Positions 61,129 through 64,000 of a stretch of 64,000 bases of DNA are shown here, in pieces. The position numbers and the translations under genes are program-made. The notes below the pieces were generated by a model. That model saw nothing but the letters and a program-made list of their open reading frames with translations, ran no database searches and was not told the DNA's origin. Numbering within the stretch: the first letter of the stretch is position 1; every line of letters starts with the position of its first letter. Origin of the DNA: Zootoca vivipara (taxonomy: Eukaryota); contig NC_083277.1 in assembly GCF_963506605.1 (NCBI RefSeq), positions 113,212,001 through 113,276,000 of the forward strand, written 5' to 3'.

Positions 61129-63307
61129 TGTTGAAGCCTTGGGTGCCTTAGGCCAGGAGTCGGTCCATGGAAAGGGAAGCGTGGAGTTATGAAGAATACG
61201 CCAAGGCAGCTAGTGCTTCTGTTGGGGGGAGCCAAGCTGGTGGGAAACTTAACGATTTAAACAGGGCTATATAGGGGTTTTAGGCGTGCAGCCATCCTTT
61301 GATGGCTGGATTCTCATTACGGAGGCCTTAAGAGGGAGATGGGAGTCGTACTGAGTTCCAGTAATCCAGTTATGTGCAGATAAAAACTGGAGAGGGGGAG
61401 AGACTCGTGGATAGAAGGAGGGGGTGTTAGGTGATAGTTCTTCAAGTTTCCCTACATACACTACCAAAATGGCGGAAGTAGCCTAGAATATAATGATTTT
61501 TTAGTGCCAGGTCTATACTGAGGATCAATAAAACACCAGCCGGGGTCACTCCCCCCCCTCCCTCGTCATTCACATCACAAATGACGACCTGGGATTTTTA
61601 TATCTACTAAATAAATATATACGCATGCTGCATATATAAATAAAACTTTTAGAATGTATTTTCTTCTTCTTCATCATCATCATCATTCAGCAAGCCCCTT
61701 TCCATAGTTAGCTTCTTTCATCATAAAGGAGACTGAAGAAGCAGACGTGGACCACATTACTGCAGGACTGATTGTCTTCCATCAAAGGGACACGATTTTG
61801 ATAGAGAGACACTCACTCGTCTGTCGCTGAGACTGAGACGCTGGGCAGAACGCGTAGAAACGTAGCCATTTAATCTTCTAGGTAAAACTATACCTTTGAT
61901 GCCAATATGATCAACCTCTCCGGCTGGGATTCCATCTCCGAAAGGAGAAATGTTTCAGAACAATAATTTCTTCGCCACAAAGGTCAGCCTAAGTTTTCCC
62001 GTGTAGACAGATCCATGGGGTAGAAGTATACAAACAGCAGTCTATTTCAGACGGTCTCTGGTTATGTCCTGCGGTTACGCATGCGGTTAAAAACTGATCT
62101 GTTCCTTCAGTATTAAGGACATGTCTTCATTTTATCTGTAGACAAACTGCTCCCTTCCCTCGACTTCTAGTTCGACTCCCAGGCACTGGACTCCTTGAAC
62201 GAGGAAGGCATTGCACTACAAGTCCTAGAGGATCATTGGCTATGAACAACCTGCAACACTGGGGAAAGTTGTTTTTAAATGCGGGGGTGGTGGTGGTGGT
62301 TTGAAGTCCTCCTTATAAATAAAGACATCCTTGGCTGTTAGGCTTCATTTTGTGTAAACATTAAAATGCTCCATCCAAGAATATTTCAGTGACCTTCCTT
62401 GTATTAAGGTTAACTACCGTGTTTACTTTTCCACGCCCTTTTCTTTTATAATCCACGATTCTTGATGTGTTAATTACATGTTAGATCTTCTGTCGTTTTG
62501 CGGGGGGGAGCGCCATTGCACTTTCTATTATTATTTTTCCTCTGAGCAGAAAGTGTATATTTGTGTGTGAGAGAGAGAGAGAGAGGAAGAGAGTACGTCT
62601 AAGCAAATTACCATTCCTCTGCAATATTTATTTTTGTAAATAAAATTATATTTTCAGTGCAACCCAAGTGAACATTTCATCTTCTCGGAGCATTTCCCTG
62701 CATATTCTCCCCTCCCCTCTTCTTAATTTCTGCATAGAGGACGCCTCGAGAAAGGATTAGAAGATGGCTCGGGTATTAGCTTTCCTTCGAACGTTCAGAA
62801 TAAGGAGAAATGAAGTCACTGGAGACTTGTGATTGACAGATAAAATGAACTCAGGAAAGGCCAAAGGACATATTATGCTCCTATAGGAATATTTCCCTTC
62901 AAGAAAGTGCTAGGCTGAAAACGGTATGAGCATAGTGGGCAGGAGGAGATGGCTGGTTCAGGTTTCACAGCAAGACTGTTTTCAAATTTGGATTTGTTGG
63001 ATACACACACACACACACAGAGGGAGGGAGAGAGAGAGAGAGGAGTACATTTCTATTTAAAGTGTGCTCCTTATGAAATAAAAAACACTATTTTCTCTAC
63101 ATCAACTATGGCAGACTGGTGTACAAATAATCAAGAACTCTTGAATTAAGACGCAGTCTGGAATATTTAATCAGCTCCTTCAAGGAACTTCTCCAGAGTC
63201 CTTTTTTTTCAACGGGAGAGATTTCTGCAAGGATTTGACTGTGTCTCCTTCCTTCTCCCTACTCTTCAGATTTTCCAAGCAAGGTGCCTAAAATAAACCC
63301 ACTCCTG

Positions 63308-63310
<3 letters not shown>

Positions 63311-63352
<42 letters not shown>
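63311..63352 (+). repeat. (GT)n microsatellite
   Basis: Direct observation. Confidence 0.9.
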
Positions 63353-63354
<2 letters not shown>

Positions 63355-64000
63355 GGGGACCTGCACACTCTGTGTCGAGTGTAATGTCACTGATGGATAC
63401 TGCATCCCTCAGGGGCACATGCCCCCTCATCTCTCCTTCTCTGCCCTCTGCCTTTCTCTCTCTCTGTCTCTCCCTGGAACCTCCATAACCTTCCCTGCAT
63501 ACACTTTCTTGTGCCTTCCCCCCACCTTTTGTTGCAAATTTACCGCACCTCCAAGCCGCCTCTGCTGCTATTACATGGGAAATCTTGAGTCCTCTTCGTC
63601 AATGTAAAAATAATAATCCATCTCTTCTTGTTGTTATTATTGTTGTTGTTGCTGCTGCTGTTATTGATGATGTTGCTATTCTTGTTGCAGTTTTTTTTTC
63701 GGGGTGTGTGTGTAATCCTTTTGCAGATTTCTTCTCCCAAAACAAGCGACCAGCGCCATCCTTCCAGACCTCTAAGGGCACAAGCTCTTTTACCTACTAC
63801 TCACTCTCCCAAGCAAAGGTTATTATTAAAGCACAACGCACATATCACACACATCTTCCAGTGAAGTTCTGCAGACGGTTTGGTAAACAAAAAAGTTCCA
63901 ATGACATTGTTTAAATAATAATAATAATAAGCACAGCAATAAAACCAAGAAATCAGACCATACTTGAAAAAAAGAGAAAGAAACACCCTACACCCTGGCT

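Noticed and set aside
55732-64000. HOXC9 coding sequence
   Set aside because: No Hox9 N-terminus or homeobox was found; the gene must start beyond the window.

Overview
Eukaryotic (vertebrate) DNA: the posterior part of a HoxC cluster on the + strand. It contains three complete two-exon Abd-B-class homeobox genes, HOXC12 (CDS 8531-9095 + 10725-10963, 267 aa), HOXC11 (34362-35040 + 36509-36741, 303 aa) and HOXC10 (48755-49604 + 52944-53221, 375 aa). A miR-196a hairpin (mir-196a-2 by position) lies at ~55645-55731. HOXC13 and HOXC9 fall outside the window. The intergenic DNA carries many short interspersed repeats (hAT-type MITEs, short palindromic elements, a Penelope-like pseudo-LTR) and long microsatellites. 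This is typical of squamate Hox clusters; the repeat types suggest a lizard, possibly a lacertid (inference from memory of repeat families, not verified). There are four assembly gaps. Main observations: (1) a 134-bp Penelope-like insertion with an 11-bp target-site duplication carries a complete minimal type I hammerhead ribozyme on the minus strand, in the HOXC12-HOXC11 interval syntenic with mammalian HOTAIR and on the HOTAIR strand; (2) a 31-aa Pro/Gln expansion in HOXC10; (3) an in-frame, stop-interrupted uORF before HOXC10 that resembles the HOXA10 N-terminal extension; (4) cryptic splice sites that would give a homeodomain-less HOXC11 or a +10-aa HOXC10; (5) a plausible spliced pri-miR-196a unit. 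All calls were made by eye and no searches were run.
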